Source of the DNA: Fastidiosibacter lacustris | GTDB lineage: Bacteria > Pseudomonadota > Gammaproteobacteria > Francisellales > Francisellaceae | NCBI RefSeq assembly: GCF_003428155.1 | Contig: NZ_QLIR01000015.1 | Coordinates: forward strand, 14,003 to 46,002 | Direction of reading: 5' to 3' | DNA length: 32,000 nt | Part shown: positions 20,299-29,211 of the stretch, one piece after another | Numbering within the stretch: position 1 is the first letter of the stretch | Layout: each line of letters opens with the position of its first letter | Made by a program: the position numbers and the translations under genes | Notes under the pieces: generated by a model | What the model saw: the letters and a program-made list of their open reading frames with translations, nothing else | The model's database searches: none | Told to the model about the DNA's origin: nothing

Positions 20299-20369
20299 AA
20301 TGCAACCTCCTATGTAATACCTAAGATTAATTAAGCATGACAAGTATCTTTTAGTTTTTAAAAGGCTGC

Positions 20370-20385
20370 CTTGACTAAAGTCAAG
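20370..20385. promoter_or_regulatory. Candidate Crp/Fnr-family operator
   Basis: CTTGACT-AA-AGTCAAG: 7-bp inverted arms, fitting TTGAC-N4-GTCAA, between the hsp20 start and the crp/fnr-type gene stop. Confidence 0.55.
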
Positions 20386-20472
20386 TTGTAAGAAAAAAAT
20401 GATCTTTTTTTATTGTGTGAGTCAACATTATAGATGATAAATTAAGTCTTAAGAGGGTCGATTGGATTGCAT

Positions 20473-21186
20473 TTATCTCTCTGCCCTACAAGGAAAAGTT
20501 TTGGGATAATGATAACAAACATATTGATTTAAGTTAAAACGATCAGGGATATTAATATGTTCATTGTTAACTTGTATCCCACATTGCTTACTAAGCTTGC
20601 CTAAAGCACGAGAAAATGTTTCAGGTTTCATACCTAGGCGCAACGCTAATAAAGCTTTATTATAAGGTAGTTTTAAACTTATATTTATTTGCTTTTTTGT
20701 ATTGTCACATAATTGTAATAGAAAACTGCCAACTCGTTGCATGGCATTTTGAGTAGACAAATGTTCAATGTGTGTAGTTAACTGTCGTTGCTTTTGCAAA
20801 GTAGCTTGCAAAAAGTTTAACGATAAGTTGTGATCAGACAATATCAGCTGTTTTAATGATTGAATGGGTAAGGTAAAGATTTCAAGATGTGAAATAGATT
20901 GTGCTTCATAAGTATACTCTTTACTCGATGTAAAGAGGAAGTTTTCACCACAATAATGACTTTGAGTAAGCACATCGACAATGATTTCTTCCCCGTCAAT
21001 GCTTTGTTTATATAACTTAATACTACCAGTTATGACATATAAAAAAGTTTGTTGGCTTTGGGCGTGGTTAAAAACAATGGCATCTTTTTTATAAACGTAC
21101 CGTTTAGCGATTTGTGATAGTCGTTTTAAGCTTTCTTGTGAAGCTTGTGAAAACAAGCCAATGCATTGAAAGAAGTCTACTTGCAT
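20473..21186 (-). CDS. Crp/Fnr-family transcriptional regulator
   Basis: cNMP-like N-terminal domain and HTH with LALRLGMKPETFSRALGKL (E-x-x-SR pattern). Confidence 0.9.
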   Translation of the reverse strand: MQVDFFQCIGLFSQASQESLKRLSQIAKRYVYKKDAIVFNHAQSQQTFLYVITGSIKLYKQSIDGEEIIVDVLTQSHYCGENFLFTSSKEYTYEAQSISHLEIFTLPIQSLKQLILSDHNLSLNFLQATLQKQRQLTTHIEHLSTQNAMQRVGSFLLQLCDNTKKQINISLKLPYNKALLALRLGMKPETFSRALGKLSKQCGIQVNNEHINIPDRFNLNQYVCYHYPKTFPCRAER

Positions 21187-21335
21187 AACAATTTACCAAA
21201 ATCATGATCAGAATATCAAACTAGCTGTTTCTATATTGTTATTATTTTACATTGCAAACTATATGAAATTGGTAATAAAGTGTATTCTATTTAATATAAA
21301 TAAATAGTAGGGTAATATCTTAAATAATCTTGTTT

Positions 21336-22595
21336 TTAAATGTTCCTCTTGGTTAATTTAGAATTTTGCTGAGGGATAAAAGCCAGAATAACAGCGATGA
21401 TCAAACCAATTGTAATAGGTAAAAGTGCCGTTTGGAAACCAGATAGTGTATTTGTAGTATATTGATAAGCAGATTGATACCAACTTAAAATCCAACCAAT
21501 TAATGGCTGCAATAGCGGACCACCTAGACCAATGATAATCATGTTAGTAAAACCCATTGCCATGCCTTGTGCATCTGGATGTACAATTTTTTCGACACTA
21601 CCAAACGGAAGAATATAAGCACCTGATCCGCATCCTAATAAAAACAAGACAATATTAGCAATGCTAAATTGCATGGGTAAGTACAAAAGCAGTGAAAAGC
21701 TAATAAATGCAATGATACTGAAGAGTTGCATCACGAGCTGACATCCTATCTTGCTAGCAAGCCAACCGCTTAGAGCGGCACCGACAGCTGCACCAATAAA
21801 AACAAATGCAGTGGCATATGCGGCATAATTTACATGATCTGGATATAGAGTTTGTAAAAAGCCAATACACCACAAAGAGGCAAAGGCACTAATAATGGTA
21901 AAAATTAAACCGCCAAATAAGTTATAACGCCAAACGTTTAGGTTTTTAAGTAATATAATAAAGTGTTTTAATATGTGAGGTTCACAATTTGTTTTTTGTG
22001 ATTTTGTTGTATTTTTACAAATTTCATGTTGAGTGGATTTTACAAAGATAAGAATAAGAAGTGCAAGGATAAACCCAATTATCGCACAAATAATCATAGC
22101 AATACGCCAGCCATAACTTTGAATCCAAATTTCCAAGAAATAATCTCCAAGGGCTCCTCCTAGCATCCCCATCATTTCAATAAGTCCTGCAAGGAGGGTA
22201 AATCTTTGAGGGTACCAACGTGCCGCTAAGTACATTGCACAAGCCACACCTGGCGCACTTGCGATTCCCATGATAATGCGAGAAATATTGGCACTTCCAA
22301 AGCATTCAGAAAAAGAAAAGCCTAAAGTACTGACTGCAAGTATAAAGGTTGAGACAAACAATGTCTTTTTAGGACCAAATTTATCAATAATAAAGCCTGC
22401 TGGAATTTGTAACAGAATGTAAGGATAAAAAAAGGCTGATGATAGAAAGCCAATTTGTATCAAGTTAAGATATAAGTCTTGCATTAAAGTATGCACCATT
22501 AAGCTCGTTGAGCCTTGTAATAAAAATTGGTACAAAACAAAAAAGCCGCCTAGAAAACAAATCCAAGCAGCTATGAGATTACGATGACTAATCAT
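21336..22595 (-). CDS. MFS transporter
   Basis: QIGFLSSAFFYPYILLQIPAGFIIDKFGPKKTLFVSTFILA; 12 TM. Confidence 0.88.
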   Translation of the reverse strand: MISHRNLIAAWICFLGGFFVLYQFLLQGSTSLMVHTLMQDLYLNLIQIGFLSSAFFYPYILLQIPAGFIIDKFGPKKTLFVSTFILAVSTLGFSFSECFGSANISRIIMGIASAPGVACAMYLAARWYPQRFTLLAGLIEMMGMLGGALGDYFLEIWIQSYGWRIAMIICAIIGFILALLILIFVKSTQHEICKNTTKSQKTNCEPHILKHFIILLKNLNVWRYNLFGGLIFTIISAFASLWCIGFLQTLYPDHVNYAAYATAFVFIGAAVGAALSGWLASKIGCQLVMQLFSIIAFISFSLLLYLPMQFSIANIVLFLLGCGSGAYILPFGSVEKIVHPDAQGMAMGFTNMIIIGLGGPLLQPLIGWILSWYQSAYQYTTNTLSGFQTALLPITIGLIIAVILAFIPQQNSKLTKRNI

Positions 22596-22896
22596 AGATC
22601 CTAATTTACGTTAAGAATATCATTTCTAATATGCTTCTTTATACTGAAAAAAAAGGTAAATGTCGAAATATGTTTTTGACAATAGTGAATGTACGAAGGA
22701 AAAAAATGGAAAAACCAATTTAAGTAATGGACCTAAACTAGCTTTTGAATCCATAATTATAGGCTTGACAAAAACTTTTTTATCTTGTCTATCTTGAGTA
22801 TTGGCTTAATTAACTGAGCTTTTGCGCTAAAATCAAATGCGTACTTTGGCTGCTTTTGTGTATAATAGGGTTACTTTTTCTCAATCACCATAACGC

Positions 22897-23964
22897 ATGA
22901 AATTAAAAAAAATTATCTTATATTCATTCACCATTTTTGGCGTTACAACACTAACAAGTTGTGGTTCAACCAGTGATTTTTTCCGTAACCGTGACTTTGA
23001 TTATGCACGCCAACCTGTAGAGCAAAACAAGCCACTTGAAGTGCCAAAGTCTGTGTCTGACAACCCTAATATTCATCCAGCACTTGTCGTGCCAGAAGGG
23101 CAAACAAGTTTTACAACTAATGAGTTTAAACAAGCACAAAGCGCTTTATTGCCACCTAATTTTGGATCAGGCTATAACGTGAGTCTTATTGAACAAAAGC
23201 AACTTTACGTGGTTTCTACTAAACTTGATTATGATAAAAACAATCAAGCAAAGCTTATAATTTATGAGCCATATAAGTTAGTATGGAAAATTATTGAAGA
23301 TGCTTTACAAAATAAGGTATCGACAATCGTAATTGAAAAAACAGACAAAGACAATAGTCGGTTTGTGATTAAAGATAAACTGTCAGCTAAATCATACTAT
23401 GTATTTATTGAACCTATTAAAAATGAATTTAGACGTGCCCAGCTTTCATTGTTTGAAATAGATGAAAAGCCAGCAACAGATAAACTATCTCAGCAATTGG
23501 TCGAAGCGATTGATAAAGCGATAAAGGGTCAACAAGTTGATGAAGCAATGCTCATTAATGCACAATTTGGCTTTATTAACACAAATAGTGGTTTGAAGTT
23601 CCAACTTTATACCGACGATACACTCGCGTCTATCGTATTTGTAGGTGATGAGCAAACCATAAATAAGACTTTAAAACAGGCAATTAATAATGCTGGTTTT
23701 AAATACATAGCGTATGATGAAAAACAGCAAACAATTTTGATTGAGGATAGCAAAGACCAAAGCTATTTATTGTATTTATACCCTTATACACAAAACGGAT
23801 CAATTTTCAGTGATATGAGTAATTGGCGCAACTTCTTTAGAGAAGAGCAGCAACAATTAAGAGTATCTTTATTTGATATAAAACAAGTTCTTATTCCCGT
23901 TGAAGTCGCTAAACTCATTTTAGCAAACATTGCAAGTCATATTCCATTAACATCCGCACAATAA
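22897..23964 (+). CDS. bamC: BamC-like outer membrane assembly lipoprotein
   Basis: Lipoprotein signal TTLTSCGS, FDYARQPVEQNKPLEVPKSV; directly upstream of purC as in many gammaproteobacteria. Confidence 0.75.
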   Translation: MKLKKIILYSFTIFGVTTLTSCGSTSDFFRNRDFDYARQPVEQNKPLEVPKSVSDNPNIHPALVVPEGQTSFTTNEFKQAQSALLPPNFGSGYNVSLIEQKQLYVVSTKLDYDKNNQAKLIIYEPYKLVWKIIEDALQNKVSTIVIEKTDKDNSRFVIKDKLSAKSYYVFIEPIKNEFRRAQLSLFEIDEKPATDKLSQQLVEAIDKAIKGQQVDEAMLINAQFGFINTNSGLKFQLYTDDTLASIVFVGDEQTINKTLKQAINNAGFKYIAYDEKQQTILIEDSKDQSYLLYLYPYTQNGSIFSDMSNWRNFFREEQQQLRVSLFDIKQVLIPVEVAKLILANIASHIPLTSAQ

Positions 23965-23989
23965 ATGAAGTAGAAAAAGGCTAAATAAA

Positions 23990-24700
23990 ATGAAGAAGTC
24001 ATTAATATACCAAGGAAAAGCAAAATCAGTTTATCAAACAGACAATAGCAATGAAGTTGTGATTGAATATCGAGATGATGCTACTGCTTTTAATGGTGTG
24101 AAAAAGGAAGCCTTAAAAGATAAAGGTCATGTCAATAACTTATTTAATGCCTATATTATGCAAAAACTTGAGGAGAGAGGAGTAAAAACACACTTTATTA
24201 AAGTGCTATCCGAAACAGAAAGTTTGATGAAAAAGCTACAGATGATTCCTGTTGAATGTGTTGTTCGTAACTATGCTGCAGGTGGAATTTGTAAGCGCTT
24301 GGGACTTGAAAAAGGCATGAAATTTGAGCGTCCTGTTTTTGAATTTTTTTTGAAAGACGATGCCTTAGGTGACCCTATGATCAACACATCACACATCTTG
24401 ACTTTTAATTGGGCAGCGCCTGAGGAAATAAAATATATGCGCAAGGTGACTTTTACAGTTAATGATATTTTGTCTAAGTTATTTGATGATGCGGGGTTGC
24501 TATTAGTTGATTATAAGCTTGAATTTGGTCGCTTTAATGGTGCGTTATTGTTGGGTGATGAGTTTAGTCCTGATGGCTGTCGGCTATGGGATAAACAAAC
24601 AAAAGATGTATTTGATAAAGACCGTTTTCGTCAGGATTTAGGTGACGTGGTAGGGCACTATAAAACCGTTGCTAAACGTATTGGGCTTACGTTGATATAA
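23990..24700 (+). CDS. purC: Phosphoribosylaminoimidazole-succinocarboxamide synthase
   Basis: YQGKAKSVYQT...RDDATAFNGVKKEAL...VECVVRNYAAGG...DKDRFRQDLGD. Confidence 0.97.
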   Translation: MKKSLIYQGKAKSVYQTDNSNEVVIEYRDDATAFNGVKKEALKDKGHVNNLFNAYIMQKLEERGVKTHFIKVLSETESLMKKLQMIPVECVVRNYAAGGICKRLGLEKGMKFERPVFEFFLKDDALGDPMINTSHILTFNWAAPEEIKYMRKVTFTVNDILSKLFDDAGLLLVDYKLEFGRFNGALLLGDEFSPDGCRLWDKQTKDVFDKDRFRQDLGDVVGHYKTVAKRIGLTLI

Positions 24701-24703
24701 CTA

Positions 24704-25498
24704 ATGCGTTTTGTTTTGTATAAATTTTTATTGTTCGCATTGATTTGTTTTTTAGGAATAACCTTAAGTTATGCGTGGCAATTAAACACCGTTAGTCAAC
24801 ATAAATTAGTAAATGCTGGTGTATCTTTTTATGAGTTTGCAGCTATTGAAAAGAAAACCTTTCCTATATTAGTTGATGTTGTTGTTCTTAAAAATAATCA
24901 ATATCACGCGGGTTTGTTTATCCAACGTGAGGATAATATTCAAAGTACACTAGATATAGCATCATATAACAATGCTTTTTTAGCCACAAATGGGGGCTAT
25001 TATCGTGAGGGTTTTTTAGTCAATGGGCTTTTAATTGATCAGGGAAAACTCAGATTGGGATTAGTTGAAAATAGCTTGCTATCTTCAGTTATAACGATAG
25101 ATAAAAATGGTCAAATAAGTATTTTAGACAAAGATCAAAACTATAAAAATGCATATTATGCGTTTCAAGCAGGACCAGTTCTCATGAAAAATAATGAGAT
25201 ACAAAAAGTTGAAAACACACGTATTTCAAAAAGAGTAATTTATGCAGAAACTACGAATAATCATTTAATGGTATTTTTTATTGATAGTGCAACTTTGCAA
25301 CAAAGTGCTAATGTCATAAAGGCAATTACAGCTCAACTTAATTTCCATGTTACACGAGCAGTAAATTTTGATGGAGGTATAGCAGCAGCTTTTGTATTGC
25401 GTCAAATTGTAACACCAATTATTTATCCAGAGTACGTTCCAGTAAAAAGTGTAGTGTATTTCAAACTTACTGAAAATGAAATAGGCAAAAATCGATAA
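24704..25498 (+). CDS. Secreted phosphodiester glycosidase (NAGPA)-like protein
   Basis: NAFLATNGGYY...GLLIDQGK...AFQAGPVLM...AVNFDGGIAAAFV; N-terminal signal/TM. Confidence 0.75.
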   Translation: MRFVLYKFLLFALICFLGITLSYAWQLNTVSQHKLVNAGVSFYEFAAIEKKTFPILVDVVVLKNNQYHAGLFIQREDNIQSTLDIASYNNAFLATNGGYYREGFLVNGLLIDQGKLRLGLVENSLLSSVITIDKNGQISILDKDQNYKNAYYAFQAGPVLMKNNEIQKVENTRISKRVIYAETTNNHLMVFFIDSATLQQSANVIKAITAQLNFHVTRAVNFDGGIAAAFVLRQIVTPIIYPEYVPVKSVVYFKLTENEIGKNR

Positions 25499-25677
25499 AA
25501 AAACTTAATTATTATTTGAAATATTTGATAGAGATCAGATTTGATGAATATGACTAAGGACAACAGATGATAATCACATGCTGCGAGACACGGAAAGCGT
25601 TATTGCCGCTAATCAATCAACATATAAAATTATATTTAGAAATGAAAAATGAGTATGAGAAAATTAAAAATGCGTGA

Positions 25678-25851
25678 GTCCAGTTAGTTAAAGGCTTTAT
25701 CAAGCAGTTTGGCGTAGATCTTATTGCAGGTGTTTTAGGTGATCGTGAGTTTATTGGTGGAGTATGGTTAAAGTTACTCAATGATCATGGAATTCCATTT
25801 GTTATTCAGGTAAAGCAAAACCAATTAACCACCATTGCAAAGGAGGCTTGA
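25678..25851 (+). pseudogene. IS4-family-like transposase remnant
   Basis: VQLVKGFIKQFGVDLIAGVLGDREFIGGVWLKLLNDHGIPFVIQVKQNQLTTIAKEA* matches the GDREFIGxxWLxxL...IxFxIRxKxN block. Confidence 0.75.
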
Positions 25852-25997
25852 AGTGGATGTTTCGGCACTGCTTTATGGCGTAAAAGTACATGAGATTAAA
25901 AAATATCAAAGATAATCAGTTGTAAAATCTTTCATATAATTTGCGATAAACCAATAACTTTTAAATGCGATTCCTCTGATAAACTATTCTTTTTGTG

Positions 25998-26026
25998 TTG
26001 ATTTATATTTGCTTTTTCAATATTAT
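25998..26026 (+). promoter_or_regulatory. Candidate sigma70 promoter of the hydrazine-type operon
   Basis: TTGATT (25998-26003) - 17 nt - TATTAT (26021-26026), 33 nt upstream of ATG 26060. Confidence 0.5.
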
Positions 26027-26059
26027 ACATTTAGTTACTTAAATTAACTAAAAACTAAA

Positions 26060-27593
26060 ATGTTTCTGAATAATAATTGCAAAAAGTACCTTTTAGTTTC
26101 TGCCATTCCAACCCCAAATGGAATGGTTGCATTTGGGACATATTGGAGGGCCATTTTTAAAGTTAGACGTAATCAAAAGATCAAATCAGCAAATTGGCAA
26201 CGTTGTCTTCTTTTGTAGTGGCTCTGATAGCTATGAGTCTCATGCTTTACTTGCCGCACATAACCAAAAAAAATCAATTGAAGCGCTTTGCTTTTTTTAT
26301 CATGATCAAATTGTAAATGACTTGAAAACCATGTTAATTGATATGGATCTTTTCTTGAATCCATTGGATATCAAGTATAAAAATCATTTGACTGAAATAA
26401 CACAACAGCAAGTAAAGCAATTGGTTGATATGGGCAAAGCTGTTGAAATTAATGAACAGTACCCTTTTTCTAATAACTATGGATTTCTACCTCCCAGTTT
26501 TATTGCTGGTATCTGCCCAGAGTGCAAGCACGCTACTTCTGGCTTTATTTGTGAAACATGTGGATTTACCTATAGACCAGAAGAAATGACAGGCGTTCAC
26601 TGTCGCTCAGAGTTTAAGTTAACAGAAATGAAGAGAGTTAGTACGCTATTTCTCAAAATGGATAAACCACAGCTGCAGAAGGCGCTTGTGGCTTCTTATG
26701 TCCCGAAAAACTCTCTTGAATTGACACAAAGTTTTCTAGCCAAGAATGACTACACACGATTAACCCTTCCAATTAAGTGGGGGATTTCAGCTTCGCATGA
26801 ACGAGTTTATTATAGCTATGGTACATTTTTTTCTTACTACACAGCATTGAGAGAGTCTTGTGTTAAAGCTTTAAATTTAAAAACTCTACCCTTTACTGAG
26901 GATGCGGACGTTAATACAGTGGTCAGTTTTGGTTTTGATAACACATTGACTTTTTTGGTAGAGACATTAAATCAAGCTCTGTCATTAGGTCATAAAGGTT
27001 TTGATTGCTACTTGTCAAATAAATTTTTAACATTAAATGGAGATAAGTTTTCTACCAGTAGAAACCATGCTATATGGGTTCACAAGTTACCTAAAAATAT
27101 TAGCATCGATTTGATTAGATTATTCTTGCTCAAAGTTAATGCTGATCAGGATCAGAGTGATTTTAATCTGCAGGAATTTGTAAGTTTCTATAATTGGATT
27201 GCTTGTATAATAAACGCAAAAATAATTAGTAAATTAAAAGTTCCAAATTTCTATTTGCCTAGACAAGAGCACAACAAACATAGTAGCGGCCTGTTAAGAT
27301 TATGGGAGCAGAAAAAAATGGATGCAATCCCCAGTAATTATAGTGGAAATAAGTTTTATTTGGATATTATAAGCTGGCTGGAAGGCGACGTTTATGAAAG
27401 TGAGTATATGGAATGGTTGCACGGTATCGCGATTCTTTGCTATCCGGTAATGCCAGTGTTGAGTCAAAGAGTGTGGGATTTTCTTGGAGGTACCGGAGTA
27501 CCATCATTAGAGAATTGCAATCACTTTTCTTCGGAGCCATTCTCAATGAGTGAGATTGAGCAAATTAATATTTCTGAAATCAAGGTAGGCTAG
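26060..27593 (+). CDS. Methionyl-tRNA synthetase-like enzyme (probable amino acid-activating half of a hydrazine synthetase); apparent +1 frame disruption near 26122-26127
   Basis: Frame at 26060 reads MFLNNNCKKYLLVSAIPTPNGM, and the 26118 frame continues LHLGHIGGPFLKLD. HIGH (HLGH), zinc-knuckle CPEC...CETC and KFSTS motifs are present. The C-terminal region is short. The supplied intact ORF is 26118..27593. Confidence 0.8.
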
Positions 27594-27595
27594 TA

Positions 27596-28870
27596 ATGAA
27601 TAAGTATGACATAGTTGGCATAGGAGCTGGTCCTGCCAATCTGAGTTTATCTGCGTTATTGGGTGTGAGAGCCCCTGAATTAACGGCGCGATTTGTCGAA
27701 AGGCAGAGTAGCTTTAATTGGCATCCTGGCATGCTGCTACCAGAGGCTAAGCTACAGGTGTCTTATCTGAAAGATTTGGTAACTTTGGTAGATCCAACAA
27801 ATCCATATTCTTATCTTAATTACCTGCATTCAAAAGGCTGTTTATATCAATTTATCACTGCCAATTTCGAAGCAGTTAGCCGTAGTGAGTTTGCTGATTA
27901 TTTACAATGGGTTTTTAACAGTCTAAATAATGTAGACAAAGGCTCTGAGGTGACTGACCTTGATTATAATGGTGAGCATCTTAAAGTAACGACTTCTACA
28001 GGAGATATTTTATTAACTAAAAACCTTGTTTTAGGAACTGGGCTGCGACCCTATATTCCCAAGTGTTGTCGGAGTATTATTAGCGATACCGTGTTTCACA
28101 ATAGTGAGTTTATGTTTAAAAAGCGAAACTTTAAAAACAAGACATTGGCCATTATTGGGGGCGGTCAGAGTGCGGCAGAAATAGTTCAATCTTTAATAAG
28201 TGATGAAGAAAACATGCCCGCAAAAATTTTGTGGTTTTCGAAAAGATTAAATTTTTTGCCTATCGATGACCCCCCATTCACAAACGAGCTATTTGTTCCC
28301 GCGTACTCTCGACACTTTTTTTCGTTGTCATCCGCCAAAAAAGAAAGATTATTGGCGCAACATAAATTAGCGAGTGATGGAATTTCAGAGTCCACTGCTG
28401 TATTGATATATAGGCGTTTGTATGAGCTGAAATATGTGAAAAAACTCCCTCAGATTTGTTATTTATTGCCATCTCATGAGTTGCATGACGTGAATCAACT
28501 CGATGACCGATATTCAATTTCGGTTTCTGATTTGGAAGCAGAATTAGATAAGCAATACAATGTAGATGGAATAATATTGTGCACAGGTTATCACTATCAT
28601 GAACCACATTTCTTGAAAAAAATTTCAAATCAATTAAATAGGGATAAGCATGGTCTTATAGTTGATGAGGACTATCGCTTGCATTGGGAAGGAGATAAAA
28701 ACTGCGCCATCTACATTCAAAATGGTGCACGACATACGCATGGTGTTGCCGATCCCAATCTGAGCTTGCTTGCTTATAGGAGTGCAAGAATCATCAATCA
28801 AATTTCAGGGAAAGAGGTTTATCAAAATGTTGAAGGTGATTGCCTGATTCAATGGGGCTTGGTTCAATAG
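27596..28870 (+). CDS. L-lysine/L-ornithine N-monooxygenase (N6-hydroxylase family)
   Basis: DIVGIGAGPANLSLSALL, FNWHPGMLLPEAKLQVSYLKDLVTLVDPTNPYSYLNYL, AIIGGGQSAAEIVQ, NGARHTHGVADPNLSLLAYRSARI. Confidence 0.93.
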   Translation: MNKYDIVGIGAGPANLSLSALLGVRAPELTARFVERQSSFNWHPGMLLPEAKLQVSYLKDLVTLVDPTNPYSYLNYLHSKGCLYQFITANFEAVSRSEFADYLQWVFNSLNNVDKGSEVTDLDYNGEHLKVTTSTGDILLTKNLVLGTGLRPYIPKCCRSIISDTVFHNSEFMFKKRNFKNKTLAIIGGGQSAAEIVQSLISDEENMPAKILWFSKRLNFLPIDDPPFTNELFVPAYSRHFFSLSSAKKERLLAQHKLASDGISESTAVLIYRRLYELKYVKKLPQICYLLPSHELHDVNQLDDRYSISVSDLEAELDKQYNVDGIILCTGYHYHEPHFLKKISNQLNRDKHGLIVDEDYRLHWEGDKNCAIYIQNGARHTHGVADPNLSLLAYRSARIINQISGKEVYQNVEGDCLIQWGLVQ

Positions 28871-28884
28871 CTGAAGAGAGATTT

Positions 28885-29211
28885 ATGGAAATTTTAGAAA
28901 AACAATTTTTAGAAAATCTTCCGTTAGGTATAGAAGTTCAAGAGGTTTTATTTGCTGGCAATATACAGGGAGTTGCTCCTTTTAAGTCTTCTTTCTTTAC
29001 GGTTCAGCCAGGCGTTACTACGCCATTCGATTGCCATGAAGTAAGAGAACTATGGTTAATCGTCAGTGGTACGGGACGTGTAACGTGTGATAAAAGTGTT
29101 TCTGAGGTAAAAGAAAAGGATGCGGTGTACTTTGATTCTTTTCAGCGGCATTCGGTAGAAAATATTGGTAATACTCCGCTTATTATTATTTCGATTTGGT
29201 GGAACCCATGA
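28885..29211 (+). CDS. Small free-standing cupin, candidate N-N bond-forming cupin
   Basis: CDS start placed at MEILEKQF (ATG 28885, purine-rich RBS gaagagag). Cupin core FDCHEVRELWLIVSGTGRVTC...DAVYFDSFQRHSVENIGNTPLII. Confidence 0.85.
   Translation: MEILEKQFLENLPLGIEVQEVLFAGNIQGVAPFKSSFFTVQPGVTTPFDCHEVRELWLIVSGTGRVTCDKSVSEVKEKDAVYFDSFQRHSVENIGNTPLIIISIWWNP

Noticed and set aside
28186-28628. ORFs 28186..28395 (-) and 28278..28628 (-), possible antisense protein in the hydroxylase gene
   Set aside because: Shadow reading of an intact N-monooxygenase; no promoter or RBS evidence.
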